A stretch of DNA of 64,000 nucleotides from the human T2T-CHM13v2.0 reference genome, Homo sapiens (GCF_009914755.1 NC_060935.1), one strand, 5' to 3'. Positions 1-16,458 are shown, counted from the first letter of the stretch. The notes: generated from the sequence alone by a model not told the origin. Numbers and translations: made by a program.

Positions 1-403
1 AAAAAGCTCAGACTTAGGAGAGAGCCCTTATACATTTTTATGATAGAAATTTTATGTTAGATAAATGTTATGATTCAAAACAAACTTAAAAATTACTGAA
101 ACATTTTGGCATTTGGGCTCTAAACCCAGAAAGTAAAAGTAGACTTAAAAAAATCAGAAGAATGTATGTACGCTTATATGTGAAATTAGGCACGTTAGTA
201 TTAGACCATGCCAAGGTTTTTAACACCTGCTTCTAATAACTTGAAAGGTCAAATTGGCATTTTTTTAAATGAACTTTTTCTTTTTTGCTTGGGAATACTA
301 CCTGATGTGTATTTTTAAATCAACTTTATCTTTGAACATTTTTGATTTGTAGGAAAGTTGCAGTGGAGAGTTCCTGCATTATCCTTCAGCTGGTTTCCCC
401 TAA

Positions 404-687
404 TTTTTTTTTTTTTTTTTTTTTTTATACAGAGTTTCGCTCTGTTGCTAGGCTGGAGTACGGTGGCATGATCTCGGCTCATGGGTTCAAGTGATTCTCC
501 TGCCTCAGCCTCCCGATAGCTGGGACTACAGGTGTGCACCACCACGCCCAGCTAATTTTTGTATTTTTAGTAGAGGCGGGGTTTCACAATGTTGGCCAGG
601 ATGGTCTTGACCTCTTGACCTTGTGATCTGCCCACCTTGGCCTCCCAAAGTGCTGGGATTACAGGCCTGAGCCACTGTGCCCAGCCT
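404..687 (-). mobile_element. AluS (Sc-like) with small internal deletion
   Basis: PolyT followed by Alu consensus, ending cccagcc. Confidence 0.92.
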
Positions 688-900
688 TCCCCTGGTGTTA
701 ATGTCTTACATGACATGGTACTTTTATCAAAACTAAGGTTAACATTGCTACATCATATAAATTCCAGACTTTATTCAGGTTTTACCAGTTTTTCCGCTAA
801 TGTTCTTTTTCTGTTTTAGGATCCAATCCAGGATACCCATTGCATTTAGCCTAATGTATATTTTACATATGATAGTTCAACTTGCATTTTCCTTTTTCAG

Positions 901-1090
901 TTCTTGATGAAGCAGATAGAATCTTGGATATGGGCTTTGCTGATACCATGAATGCTGTTATTGAAAATCTCCCCAAGAAACGTCAGACTTTACTTTTCTC
1001 AGCAACACAAACTAAATCTGTAAAGGACCTTGCACGCTTGAGTTTGAAAAACCCTGAGTATGTCTGGGTTCATGAAAAAGCAAAATATAG
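901..1090 (+). CDS. DDX10: DDX10 coding exon (~exon 6, 190 bp), motifs II (DEAD) and III (SAT)
   Basis: Acceptor ttttcag at 900, donor AG|gtatgt at 1091; encodes [13 protein letters not shown]...[10 protein letters not shown]...HEKAKY. Confidence 0.97.
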
Positions 1091-1720
1091 GTATGTACTC
1101 TTTGAGTCAATCAAGATAAATGTTTTTTACTTTTTTAGTTTAGGGATTTGGTATTTTAAATATCTGTTTTCTGGGAATTAAGACATTCTATGAGTTATTG
1201 GTTATGCAAAGCATAGTAAATATACCAGTTAAAATTACCCAAATTCTGCATATATCTTTAAATGTCAGGGTACTTGAATGTAGCATTTCCCAAAATGTGG
1301 TCTGGGAGAGGAACAAATGTTTTTCCATAGATGTTAAGAGGTATTTTACCATTTGCCAACACTACCTCTTAATAAACGAAGGGAGAAGGGATGAAATAGC
1401 AAATGGTGAGTCAAAGTGAAACAGTTTTATTTCTATTTCTCACAACCTTTAATATTTTCAGGGACATTGTGATTGTTGAAAGCAGTGGGAGGGAGGTGGA
1501 TGTAGCTTGCTACATTTACCAAATTTTTTGGGTACGGAATCATCCTTTTTAGCAGGATTATGCAGTACTAATGTGTTATGGAACACATTTTATGAAGTGC
1601 ATTAATATTTAGCAAAATACCTTTCAGTCTAAAATTCTAGCAACTATTGTTTTGTCTTGGTCTCATTAAAAACTAGAGCTTAAAGTATATGTGTTACAGT
1701 AAAAGTATGTATGTTTGTGA

Positions 1721-2048
<328 letters not shown>

Positions 2049-3637
2049 GGGATATGTTTTAAGTTGTATTTTCATATGACAATTAGAAGCATATATATTT
2101 GGTATGAATCACTGCAGACTTCCAGGAGAAATGTTTTCCAGTAAATATAAAGTTGGATTTTTTGTTGAAGATAGCAATGTAAATTCAACTCTTCTATTAT
2201 TTATATCTTAAAATTTTTATTTCTTCTTGCTCTGAAATGTTAGCCTAAAAAGAAATAGATTTGGAAAATGAATTGTGTTATCTGGAAATTCCTTAAATAG
2301 AGAAAATATGAGTATTCAGGCCCATCTTGACCTTGTATAATGTATGTCTAGGATTTAAAAAGCCTGAGACGAAGAGGCCAGATTCTTTGCTTCTGGGTGA
2401 TCTTGGGGAATCTGAGTACTGGTATCTTTGACTTTCAAGAACTTGGGAATGGAATAGTAAGATATGTGAGGTATAGTTTTTTTCCCTTGGCTTACTTTCG
2501 AGTGGACATTGATCTCTTAAAGAGTTGAGATAGCTATGAAAATTTTTGTGACAATTAACAATTAACTTGAAAATGTAAAGACTGCTTGTCTAGGATTTTT
2601 CACTTTTCTCTTTTTTCTGTTTGCCTCCAGCCTATTTTTAATATTCATCAGACAGATTTTTTTAATCATTAGATGTCTCTAAGACCTTTCATAATTTATG
2701 CAAGTTAATTTGTACGTATTATTTCCTATCCCCAATTTCTGTAGGTAAGAGTTGGTTATTTTCTGTAAATTACAAAGTTTTAGAAAAAAACTACAAAGAC
2801 TTTGATATTATTTCACAAATGATTTTTGAAACCCGGTCCCATCACTTATAAAAGTGTGGTGGACAAAATTTTCAGAAAAAAATTTTGGAAGGTAGACATG
2901 TATTGACATAATTTACAAAACCTCAGGTTATATGATAATGGCTGCAGTATTCTAATATTCCAAATTTATAGGAAACATAAAAGAGCAGATGCTCTTAGGA
3001 ATTTCATCTAATGTCAATGTTAGCTTTTCCACTTTAGTAGCTTATCAATGTGGTTCATACACCAGGAGAGATAATAATCAAGAATATTTTAAGGTGTTAG
3101 AGAGTATCTACTCTCAAATTGTGAAGGACACAACAACTAAAGAAAAATTAGATCTTTCTGAAGTTGTAAGTCAGAGCATACTTAGAAAAAGTATACTAGT
3201 GTTTTCATTATGTTGTTATATATAGACAACTGGTATTTCTAATGATTTTATTTTTGAGAGAATATGCCTTTGGGCCATAGCAATTTGCTGTTTTTCAGTG
3301 ACAAGTTGAATTCTATGGTGGATTATGAAAAATTTCAAATTTGAGATATGTCATGAGCTTATGTTATTAGGTATATACAAATTTAGAATTGCATTGTCAA
3401 TTTGAAACATTAATTATTATGAAATGCTTCTTTTTTGCATGTATGTGCTTATTTTCTGTGGACAGTCTGTCTTTTTTGGTTTGGTTTTTTTGCCTTTTTC
3501 TTATTGGCTCGGAGGAGCCCTTTAGATAAATTAATTATTTATTTGTAATACGAGTAGCAAAACACTTCCCTACTCCCGGTGTTTTTTCATTTTATAAAAT
3601 GTTTCTTTTCATCTTTACTAATTCTTTTTTGCCTTAA

Positions 3638-3934
<297 letters not shown>

Positions 3935-5673
3935 AACTTTAAGTCTAGTTTGATATTAGTCTACCTATAGCAACTTTCTTTGAGTTAGCATTTGCATGGT
4001 GAATCCTTTCCCATCCTTGTACTTTCTACATTGTTTACACCCTATGTTTTTAGATTTGTCTTTGTGAGTAGCATATTTTTAATCTGGTATGATAATTGCT
4101 TTTGACAGTTAATTTAATTATTATTTGGGTCCCTTTACTTCTTCCTACCTTTGTGTCTTCATTGTTAAGTATTTTAATTCCACGTGTATCTTAAGCCCCA
4201 TAAGCCACTGTTATCACTGTTTGCAACATCAGTATTTATTTAGACTTACCCAGTTCTTCTTCTTGTATTGTCACCCTTCCACCTGAGAATTTTTCTTTTG
4301 CTCAGATAATTTCCTTTTTAGTGCAGACTTGTTAGTGAAACAGCGTTTTGACCTTTCTGAAAACCTCTTTATTTCATCTTCATTTTTTTTTGAAGCCTAT
4401 CTTGGCAGTTTTTTTTTCCTCTTCAAAGACATCTTTGTTGTACTCTAAGTTCCATTATTTCTGTCAAAGTCATCTGACAGTTCTCTTGTTCCTTTGAAGG
4501 TAATTTTTTCTTTATTTCTGGCCAGCAAATGCCTTAAGGTCAGGTTGTCTTGATCTGGTCTAGCCTGGCAATTAGACTCTGGGGTTATCCTATTTCTGGT
4601 TTGTCCTGAGACTTGGGGTATAATCTTCACAGATGGGGCATAGCCTTTCTCAGGGTCTCAACCAAAAGACTGAGGTATCTACCAGGGCCCCTCTGTCTTG
4701 GCAAGTTGTGAACCTCGTAGCATTGTGACCCTGCCAGAATCTCTGCTCAGTTCTGTAGCTTCCCAGTTGGTTGGTTTTTGCTTGTTTTTCCTCATTTTGA
4801 CTTATGTGTGCTCTGTTTAGGGGTTGGCATGTTCCTCAAGGGTAAATTGTATGAAAAATTTTAGATTCAGTTTTCCTTCTCTCTGGGACTTGCGACTGAT
4901 GTGTTTAGGCTTAAGGCTGCTACCTTGTTTCTCCCCTGTCTTGCAATCAGCAAATGCTTTTGGGGAGAAAAGTGAGGTTGTTAACAGAGGGCTTGGCTCA
5001 GGGCATTTCTGTTTTTTCCTTTAGCACCTCAAGTCCTACCTGCCTTGGTAGCTCTCAGATGCTGCCAGTCTTTTTGTTTTGTTTTGTATTTATTCCTGCT
5101 TTTGTAGTTGCTATTCTAGGCCAGAGGGTTAATCTGATACAAGCAGCTTCTTAGCCCTGCAATTTTAGCAGCTGATAGAAATTATTGCCTAGCTCCATTA
5201 TTTCATCAGGGTTTGCAAAATTGTGATATTTTAATTCTATTATTTCTTCATTAGTTTAAATACTTTCATATCAAAGAGCTTTCACATGAACTATGTGATT
5301 CTGAGGTACAGTTCTTACAGGAAAGCCAGAATATTAGAATGTATGCTGTAACACCAATGAGTTGGTTCCCTAGTATTTTCTGAAGGTTAGCAGTATTTGT
5401 TTTTGGTGGGGGGTGGAGGTTGTGTGTACTAAAAATGAACTCAGATTTAATGATAATTAATGATGAATTAATGATACTTAACTCATAGATTAAACATCTT
5501 TTTATGTCCTTGAATCAATAGAAATTTTTATATTTAATATTCATCTTGTGTCATCCCAAACTTCGCTAGTAGATGCTTCAAGTTATTATCTTGATTCTTC
5601 AGATGCATTTTAGTAATCTTTGGACTCCTTGCTTTCTGGTGTTCTAAGTTTATCTTATCTATTTCCAGTTCTT

Positions 5674-7096
<1,423 letters not shown>

Positions 7097-8319
7097 TCCA
7101 GTTCTTATAAAATCCTTCTAGCAGGATCTGGTATATAAAGACCATAGTCTAAGTGCTAACAGGCATGGTCATTGTGTTAAGCTTTACAGTGGACAGGCCT
7201 TTTTAAAAGAGTTCATGCTGATAATTACAAATGGTATTTAGAATTACAAGGTTTTTATTAAGCCTCATTTAAAAAATATGTATCTCTTTTCTCTTCTGCC
7301 AAACATTCATTCCTAAAGACTTCTGTTTCATCTGTCAGTGTATCTAAAATAGTTTCAGGATAATACCAATATTATTACTGATAATATGATTACTTATAAA
7401 AGTTTAAGATTCCTTTGCATTTCTCTTTTTCTCCTTAGACATCCCAGTAAAGATGTAGGAATCAAATTCCTTCAAAGGCATTTCCTTTGAAATAATTCCT
7501 TTGTCATTTAGTCATCAACTTGATATATATTTGGGCTTATTGTTTTCATTTTGCTCTTTTGTAAAACTTCATTCTGTTTCCCATAATTCCCTATAGATAT
7601 GGCCTATTTCTTCTTTAAAGACTGTTTTTTTAGAGCAGTTTTAGGTTAACCTCAAAATTGAAAGGAAGGTACAGAGATTTGCCACATACCTGCTGTCCCC
7701 ATGCAGCCTCTGCCATTATCAACACTCTTGCTAGAATGGTGGTGCATTTGCTACAATGGATGGACCTATGTTTTTGCATCCTTATCACCCAAAGTCTGTT
7801 ACTTTAGGGTTCACTCTTGGTGTGGTACAGCCCATTGATTTGGACAAATTTATGATAACATATGTCTACTGTTATAGTATTTCACAGTATATTCACTGCC
7901 CTGAAAGTCCTCTGTGCTCTGCCTATTCATTTATTCATCTCCCCTGGCAGCCGCTGATCTTTTTACTGTCTCCATAGTGTCATCTTTTCAGAATGTTGTA
8001 TAGTTGGAACCATACAGTATGGTAGCCTTTTCGTATTGGTTGCTTTCACTTAATATTACGCATTTAAGATTGCTCCATGTCTTTTCATGGAGTGATATGA
8101 TAGCTCATTTCATTTTAGCACTGAATAATATTCCATTGTCTGGATGTACCACAGTTTATTTATCCATTCACTTACTGAAGGACATCTTGATTGCCTTCAA
8201 GTTTTGGCAATTATGAATAAAGCTGCAATAAACATCCTTTTGCAGATCTTTGTGTGGACATATGTTTTCAACTCTTTTTGGTAAATACCAAGGAACGTGA
8301 TAGTTGGGTCAGGTACTAA

Positions 8320-8615
<296 letters not shown>

Positions 8616-8842
8616 TCAAGTATGTTTGGTTTTAAGAGACTGCTATACTGTCTTCCAAAATGGCAGTATCATTTTGCATTTCTGCCAGCAGTGAAGGATA
8701 GTTCCTGTGGCTCCACATCCTTGCCAGCGTTTGGTGTCGTCACTGTTCTGGATTTTGGCCATCTAATAAGTGTGAAGTGACATATCGTTATTTTAATTAA
8801 CTTTTGCCTGTTGACATATGATATGGATCATCTTTAAATTGT

Positions 8843-9058
8843 TTTTTATTTTTTTGAGACAAGGTCTTACTCTGTCACCCAGGCTAGAGTGCAGTGTAGC
8901 ATGATCATGGCTCACTGCAGCCTCGAACTCCCTAGCCTGAATTGATGCTCCTGCTTCAGCCTCCCAGGTAGCTGGGACTATAGGCACACGCCACCATGCC
9001 CAGCTAACTTTTGTATTTTTTTGTAGAGATGGGGTTTCACCATATTGCCCAGGCTGGT
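8843..9058 (-). mobile_element. AluJ, 5'-truncated
   Basis: J-type Alu ending mid left monomer. Confidence 0.85.
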
Positions 9059-10466
9059 GTAGCATCTTTTCATATGGTTATTTTTTTTATCTACATATCC
9101 TCTTTGGAGAGGTGTCTGTTAAGATTTTTGGCCTCCTTCCCCCTTTTAAAATTGGGTGTTTCTGTTCTTATTGTTGAATTTTAAGAGTTGTTTGTATATT
9201 TTGGAGAACAGTCCTTTATCAGATGTTTTTTGCAAATATTTTTCTCCATTCCGTGGCTTATCTTCTAATTCTTTTGATAGTGTGTTTCACAGATCAGAAA
9301 CATTTAATTTTAATGAAGTCCAGCTTATCAATTCTTCCCTTTGTGGATCATAACTTAGTCATATCTAAAACCAGTTGACTTGTAGTTTTTGGTTTGTCTG
9401 TCCCTCCTCCTTTTTTCTTTCACTGTAAACACAGACACACATGGGTGGGCATGTATATGGATATATAATGTATAGCCCCCTGATAAATAGTACCAAACTA
9501 TCTGTACTATTCTGCCCCTTACCTCTTTCCTTAACAGTGTGTCCTAGACATCACTCCTCAGCAATATATGGATAGAATCTTCATTCCTTTTTTACAGTTG
9601 CATAATAATTAATGTATGTGGCTGTGTAATTGTTCATACTGCAAGTCCCTACTGATGGACATTTGGGTTGATTTTCATCATTTTTTGCTTCATAAATAAT
9701 GCCATATATTTGTGTGTGTGTATATGTGTGTGTTTAAAACCAGAGTAATGTTGGAATAAAGTAGGTTTATTAATTCAAAGAGTAAATGCATGTATATTTT
9801 TCTCCAACATTTTATAATGAAATTTCAAACATATGGTACATTGAAAGACTTCTACCATAAATACCTTATACCAAACACCTAGATACTATCTAATGGTAGC
9901 ATCCATTTACTTGCTTTCATCCATCCCTTCTATATTAACCCATTTTATTTTTGATGGATTTCAGGGTAAATTGCAGATATCTGTATTCTCTCCAAATACT
10001 TCAGCACACGTATTACTGAGAGTTTAATATTTGAACAGATTTTTTTTCTTTTGGCATAAAATTTGTGTACCATGAAATATGAAAATTGTAAGTATACAGT
10101 TGAATTTGATGAATGTGTATATCTCAGTAATCTAAAGCCCTAATGAGATGTGGAATACTAATCAGCCCAGCAAGTTCTCTTACACCTCTTCTTAGTTAAT
10201 CCTTGACCCTGCATTTTTAGAGGTAATCACTGTTCTTGTCATGCTTTGTTTGACATTGATTTACAAGGGATTTTGAATGTGTTTTAAAGTAATGTGTTGA
10301 ATTTGTTTCCTAAGGGACAATAGAGAAAAATTCTTTTTTTGGTGTATGTGTGTAGGAAATTTGCTTGAGAGATGTGCCACTATTAAAACTTGTTTCCTTT
10401 TTTGGTCTGGATTTCAGTTACTTACATGACATATTCTAATGTTTTTCTTTTCCGTAATTCCACAAG

Positions 10467-10593
10467 CACCCCTGCCACTTTGGAACAGAACTACATAGTC
10501 TGTGAGCTGCAGCAAAAAATAAGTGTGCTGTATTCCTTTTTGAGAAGCCATCTGAAGAAGAAGAGCATTGTATTTTTTTCCAGTTGCAAAGAG
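10467..10593 (+). CDS. DDX10: DDX10 coding exon (~exon 7, 127 bp)
   Basis: cacaag|CACC and GAG|gtattg; encodes STPATLEQNY...IVFFSSCKE; phase matches the previous exon (AG|C = Ser). Confidence 0.96.
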
Positions 10594-11463
10594 GTATTGG
10601 CTGTTTATTTTGCTTTCTGAACGTATGTTGAATGTCCCTTTTGAAATGGCAAATCAATTAGACAAATTATTATATTGTACGAGAAGTACAGTGCTAGGTG
10701 TGGTGAGGGATCTTTCGTGTCCTTGTTGCAAAGGAATCCGTGGCTGAGACTTTCAACTCCACAAGGACAGAAACTGTGTCTTTTCTTAGGTATTATGTTA
10801 AGTGCTAACAATACTGGAAATGTAGTCCTCAATAAATATTAGTAGAATGAATAATTGTTATCCAAGCTAAGCAGAGGTCTTTATAATCTGATACCTCCCT
10901 TACCCTCCAAGAATATGGGAATGAATATACCATTTATTTCCATGCCGTATATCTTTGTTTATGCTGATCTGTCTGGAATGCCCTCCCTGCATCTCTTCAT
11001 CTAAATCTGGGGAAATACTTACTTTGAGGCTAAGTTCAAATGTTATGCCTGAAAGTCCCTTTCTGACACTCCCTTTTTAAAGAATCAGTTGTTCCCTCCC
11101 CTAACCTTCTGAAGTGTTTTGTTTATATCTTAGTTAATAAACACTTCTTGAACACTAGCCCTGTGCTAGGAATAAAGAATAAGGATTTCAGAGATGTCTA
11201 AGAGAACTTTGTCTCCTCTCTTAAGGAGAAGGGACTACGGTCTTTGTGCATGTGTGCGTGCGTGTGCCTCTTCTCCTGTACTATATTTCAGATTCCCAAT
11301 GACTTAATAGGGAATGTAGTAGATCAATTCTAGATTTACAGCTTTTGCAATAACTTTCCATGATAAATATGTAGATGGGTTTCTCTCTAGCTTATGGGAA
11401 GTTAAGTGGTGATCTGATGCTGTTGTCTACTGAACCTTATTTTACCATGTAAAGAATGACTTC

Positions 11464-11594
11464 AGCCTTGGTGCGGTGGCTCACGCCTGTAATCCCAGCA
11501 CTTTAAGAGGCTGAGGTAGGAGGATTGCTTGAGTCTAGAAGTTCAAGACCAGCTTGGGCAAGATGGCGACACCCTGTCTTTAAAAAAAAAAAAA
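11464..11594 (+). mobile_element. FLAM (Alu monomer)
   Basis: ggtgcggtggctcacgcctgtaatcccagc...A-tail; flanking gacttcag repeat. Confidence 0.85.
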
Positions 11595-11819
11595 GACTTC
11601 AGTTTTTCAAGGACCGATTTTAGATTTTCAAAGCTTCCAGTCTCCTGGGAGCATTCCTCAAGGCAACTTGGAAGTGTATCCTGAGCAGTAGCCAACAACA
11701 AAACAATAAACTTCACATCTCCTAAAGAAGAGTTAGTTGGTTTTGGCATCTAGGTGCTAGGAAATGATTCTGAAAGTTCTATTTAAAGTTCTGTTTAAAG
11801 TTTCTACTCTTTAGAGTAG

Positions 11820-12506
11820 GAGATGGCATCAAAGGTGGCCTTGGCATAGTTGCCCAGGGTGGCAATGCAGCCTCTTGGTCGAGGTATAGCAATTGTCAAT
11901 ACCCACCATCAGCAGCAGCTTCTTGGGCATGGGGCTGAGATGATACCAGTGCCTCCTGAGGTGGGGATAAGTCTCACCAGCACAGAGAGGGTCTGTCACC
12001 CTGCAAGGGCTGGTGAGCTTGCCGATCTTGTTCCCCAAGTAGCCTCTTGGCACAAGGACAATGGAGAGCTTGGCCAGGATAATGGCTCCTCAAATGGCAG
12101 TGGCTACCTCCTTGGAGCACCTGATACCCGTATCAGTGTGGCCATTGTAGTCCCCAATGGCAACATGCCTTGAATCCAGTGCGTTGGCCAGTGTGGGCCA
12201 CTTTTGCGCCATGTAATCTTTGAAACCTCATTCTTGAGAGATGCCCCCAGGAAAATGTCAAGGACCTCAGACTCCTTGATGGGCAGGAGAAGAGATAGAT
12301 CTCCTCCAGGGACTTGGTCTTCATGTCCTTCACCAAGCAGCACAGCTTTGTGACTGGCATCCACCCCTTGGCTTTGCCTCAGTGGCCTTGGTTGCAGGTG
12401 CTATTGCTGAAGCCTCCATCGAAGCCTCTGTGGTTTCCAATTCCTTGTCCCGTGGACCCTTCCGCTGCACCAGCATCATCTGCCATTTGATGTTTTCTTG
12501 GAGAAG
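11820..12506 (-). pseudogene. RPS2P39: RPS2 processed pseudogene, decayed and 3'-truncated
   Basis: ATG at 12486 (MADDAGAA...); fragments MPVTKL..VKDMK.KSLEEIYLFS, PIKESE, RGY.GNKIGK, PKKLLLM.GID.CYTS, GHL/ATFDAI across frameshifts; intronless. The pseudogene number is from memory and tentative. Confidence 0.9.
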
Positions 12507-13405
12507 CTGTTTTTACATCTTTACGAAAGAAAGGCCTAAGTCCAGCTATCTCTGATACTTGCCTGATATATTGTCCCAGAATCAGAACCTCCCTGGCAGT
12601 AGCAAATTGCATTTGAGAAAGTGAATGGCTAGTGATTGGGTAACAAGCAATTCACTTGGTTTCCCATTCTTTACTGTCAGCAAAATTGAAGAGAGACTTT
12701 AATGGGGTCTTTCTCTTTAATTGAGCGACTGGATCACCAAAAATTATTTGGAATAATCCATTATGACTTTTGGCCTATTTTATAGGAGCTCAGAATTAAA
12801 CTTCCTTTGAGTTTGTTTTATTTATGTGAACAGATTTTAACCCCCATATTAGAGAAAATAAAATAATGCTGAACTCTTTTCAGTCTAGTAATCCATAGTA
12901 TCCATTTATGGGTACAAAAAGAGAACCAGAACAATTAGCTCTATATAGTCCCACACATTGAGATATATTTACAATGTTTTTATTTATGTCTAACAGTTTT
13001 TTAAATCAAATCCCAACATATTTCTTGGTTTGATCAGTTCTGTATTACTAATTATTTTAATAATTGCTGAGTCTGAGAGGAAAGTTCAGTCAGCCTATGG
13101 CCACAGGAAATTAAAATAAGTTTTTTCTTTTGTAGAAAATGAGTTATGATAACATCAATAAAAGGCTTTCAAGCTTCAAACTTAAGATGCAATTCTGTGA
13201 CGTTAGGAAATAGAAATGTGAATTAAAGGAGGGAAGGAAATTAAATTGCTTGTGATTAAATAAGAGTTTCTTTACTTTTTTTACTTGGTTGGAATTGGGT
13301 ATCACATTGCTCTGCTGTTGAGACTCTGTGGGATACGTTGATAAGAGAAAAGCTTTATTGCTGCCATCTGCCATAAGCAAACTTATTCTTCTGTTGATGC
13401 CCCAG

Positions 13406-13568
13406 GTCCAGTATCTGTACCGAGTGTTTTGCCGGCTACGTCCTGGTGTTTCTATCCTTGCACTCCATGGTCGACAGCAGCAAATGAGAAGAATGGAAGT
13501 CTATAATGAGTTTGTCCGTAAGAGAGCTGCAGTACTCTTTGCTACTGATATTGCAGCCAGGGGTCTGG
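13406..13568 (+). CDS. DDX10: DDX10 coding exon (~exon 8, 163 bp), motif V
   Basis: cccag|GTC and G|gtaaga; encodes VQYLYRVFCRLRPG...FATDIAARGL. Confidence 0.97.
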
Positions 13569-14298
13569 GTAAGAAAACTTCCTATCATGAAATTTCTGTG
13601 ATTGTGTGAAATGTAATTTGCTTATAAAGTATATTTTGGGAAATCTGATAGACTCAAACACTTGGGTTTCTTTTCTTATTTTGTAAGAGAAAAGTAAGTA
13701 GTAAATTGGTAGCAGTTGACTAACATTAAGGATGTATCAGTGAAAATTTCCACAGTATTTGCATCTTTTTTACTATTTCATGATAATCACACCATAGAAT
13801 CCTGAGGAACCTACAAAATCAAAGGGGGTTAAAAGTTTAAAGATATGAAAACAATTCCCATTTCTTTGAAAATTGGAAACTTGTTTATAGATACTGAACT
13901 CATTTAACAAGAAAAATCAGTGAAGTCCATGTTTTCATCATTCTAATTTTTATCTGATAAATAACTACATTTAGCGTAGTTAAATTTATTTTCAAAAAGC
14001 TGCTTTGTTGATTATACAACTCCTGGCTTTGTGGGAATGGGATGGGGATGGACGTAACTAGAGAGGAAAACTAGACTTAGGAACAAAGGGTGAGAATAAA
14101 TAGGTGATAATTTGAATCCTTCAGTCACTTAATTTTATTGTATTGTTAATTATAGCAAATTTGAAGCATAAACAAAAGCTGAATATGTTTAATCTACCCT
14201 CATATACCCAGCTTTAACAATTATCTTTTTCATAATCCTCCCCCTGTCCCTCTTGGAGTACTCTAAAGCATATCTCAGATGCCATATTTATTAGTATA

Positions 14299-14430
14299 GG
14301 CTGGAGTACAGTAGCATGATCATAGCTCACTATAGCCTCGATCTACCAGGCTCAAGTGATACTCCCACCTCAGCTTCCCCAGCAGCTGGGACTACAGGCA
14401 TGCGCCATGCCTGACTAGTTTTTATTTTAC
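14299..14430 (-). mobile_element. AluJ/FRAM fragment
   Basis: ggctggagtacagtagcatgatcatagctcac...gggactacaggc. Confidence 0.8.
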
Positions 14431-14434
14431 TTAA

Positions 14435-14728
14435 TTTTTTATTATGCTTTAAGTTCTGGGGTACATGTACAGATTGTGCAGGTTTGTTACATAGGTATAC
14501 ATGTGCCATGGTGGTTTGCTGCATCCATCAACCCGTCATCTACATTAGGTATTTCTCCTAATGCTATCCCTCCCCTAGTCCCCCACCTCCAGACAGGCCC
14601 CAGTGTGTGATGTTCCTCTCCCTGTGTCCACTCTTCAACTCCCACTTATGAGTGAGAACATGCAGTGTTTGGGTTTCTGTTCCCGTTGGTTTGCTGAGAA
14701 TGATGGTTTCCAGCTTTGTCCATGTCCC
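14435..14728 (-). mobile_element. L1PA 3' end fragment (older primate L1)
   Basis: ttattatgctttaagttctggggtacatg...cccacttatgagtgagaacatg. Confidence 0.88.
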
Positions 14729-15046
14729 CATTAGAAGTGGTGCTTTCGGGTTATTAAATATTACGGTATTTCACTGTTTGTCCGACACAAAGCAATCTGT
14801 CTCTTCCGTGTCAGATACGAAGTAATCTTCATATTCAAACAGTCATTAATTTTAGTTCATTTTGTCAAGAGAAATGTTTACTATCTCTTGGTTCATGCAA
14901 TTAATTTTATTTTTAATAGAGTTCATAGATGATATCCATCAGTTTGATGTGATGAAAAGTCCTGGCAAGCAATATTTTAAGATAAAAATAGTGCAGCAGG
15001 GCAGATCTTGCAACCAGTTTCTTAACTTCACATCCCTTCTCTGTAG

Positions 15047-15131
15047 ATTTCCCGGCCGTGAATTGGGTTCTTCAGTTTGATTGTCCTGAGGATGCCAACA
15101 CATATATTCACAGAGCAGGTAGAACTGCCAG
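15047..15131 (+). CDS. DDX10: DDX10 coding exon (~exon 9, 85 bp), motif VI
   Basis: ctgtag|AT and AG|gtaggt; encodes [29 protein letters not shown]. Confidence 0.96.
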
Positions 15132-15429
15132 GTAGGTGTACTGACTAATTTCTTTTCTTTTGCTACTATCTAAATAACAAAGCATGCTTTTCCAACTGCA
15201 GATAAACGAAGAAAGGAATCAGGTAAGTGAGTGCTGGTTTGGCATTTTGTGGTGTGAGTTGACAGCTACTGTAAATCATTATGGCTAAGACTTGATTAGT
15301 GCTGCAAAAAATCCATAAAAATCTTATTTTAGTTTGTTTAAACTTTCTTGTACTTTACTTTTCAGCAAAACTGCTCATTGAAAGTCATCTCATTGAATCC
15401 TAATGACCTGTCAGTTAGGTCTAGGACTG

Positions 15430-15790
15430 CAGTAGTCCTCACTTATCCTCAGGGGTTATGTTCCAAGGTCCCAGTGGATGCCTGAAATCTCAGTACCAAA
15501 CCCAATATATGCTATGTTTTTTCAGTCTAGTAACTGAGACAGCTAAGTAACAAGCGGGTGGGGTCTTAAGCGTGCATATGCTGGACAAAGGGATGATTCA
15601 CATTGTGGGCAGGACACAGTGGGATGGTGTGACATTTTATCAGGCTACTCAGAAGGGTGAGCAATTTAAAACTTATGAATTGTTTATTTCTGGAATTTTC
15701 CATTTAATATATTTAATATTTTTTGGGCCTTGGTTGACTGGGGGTAACTGAAACCACAGAAAGCGAAACCACAGATAGAGGGGGGACTAC
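15430..15790 (-). mobile_element. MER44-like (Tigger family) non-autonomous DNA transposon
   Basis: Terminal inverted repeats cagtagtcctcacttatc and gatagaggggggactac. Confidence 0.75.
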
Positions 15791-16129
15791 TTACTGTATT
15801 ATTAAATCCCTATTTTCAGGTGAGGAAACTGAATCTTTGAGCAGTTAAACAATTTGTTCAAAGATCCACAGAGCCAGGATTTGAACCCAGGCAGTCTGGC
15901 TTATCTAGTCTAGATCTTGTACTCTTACCTTCTAAAGTATAGGCTAATAAGAGGCTAAGTGATTTGGAATCATAGATATCTCTTTTTCCTTTCTTCCTAG
16001 TTCAGGAAACAGAGACATTGCTGAAGACCACTCCCTATCTCTCCTTCTTCCTATACTCCCCACTTCCTCCCAAAAGTATCCTATGTTTGCTCAAGAGGTA
16101 TGAGGAACTGTCTAGAAAAGAATGTAGTA

Positions 16130-16458
<329 letters not shown>

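Noticed and set aside
11850-12173. 107-aa + strand ORF
   Set aside because: Antisense shadow of the RPS2 pseudogene.
14729-14830. CpG-containing stretch with an imperfect stem as a possible snoRNA or other ncRNA
   Set aside because: No convincing C/D or H/ACA box arrangement, and the stem is short and mismatched.
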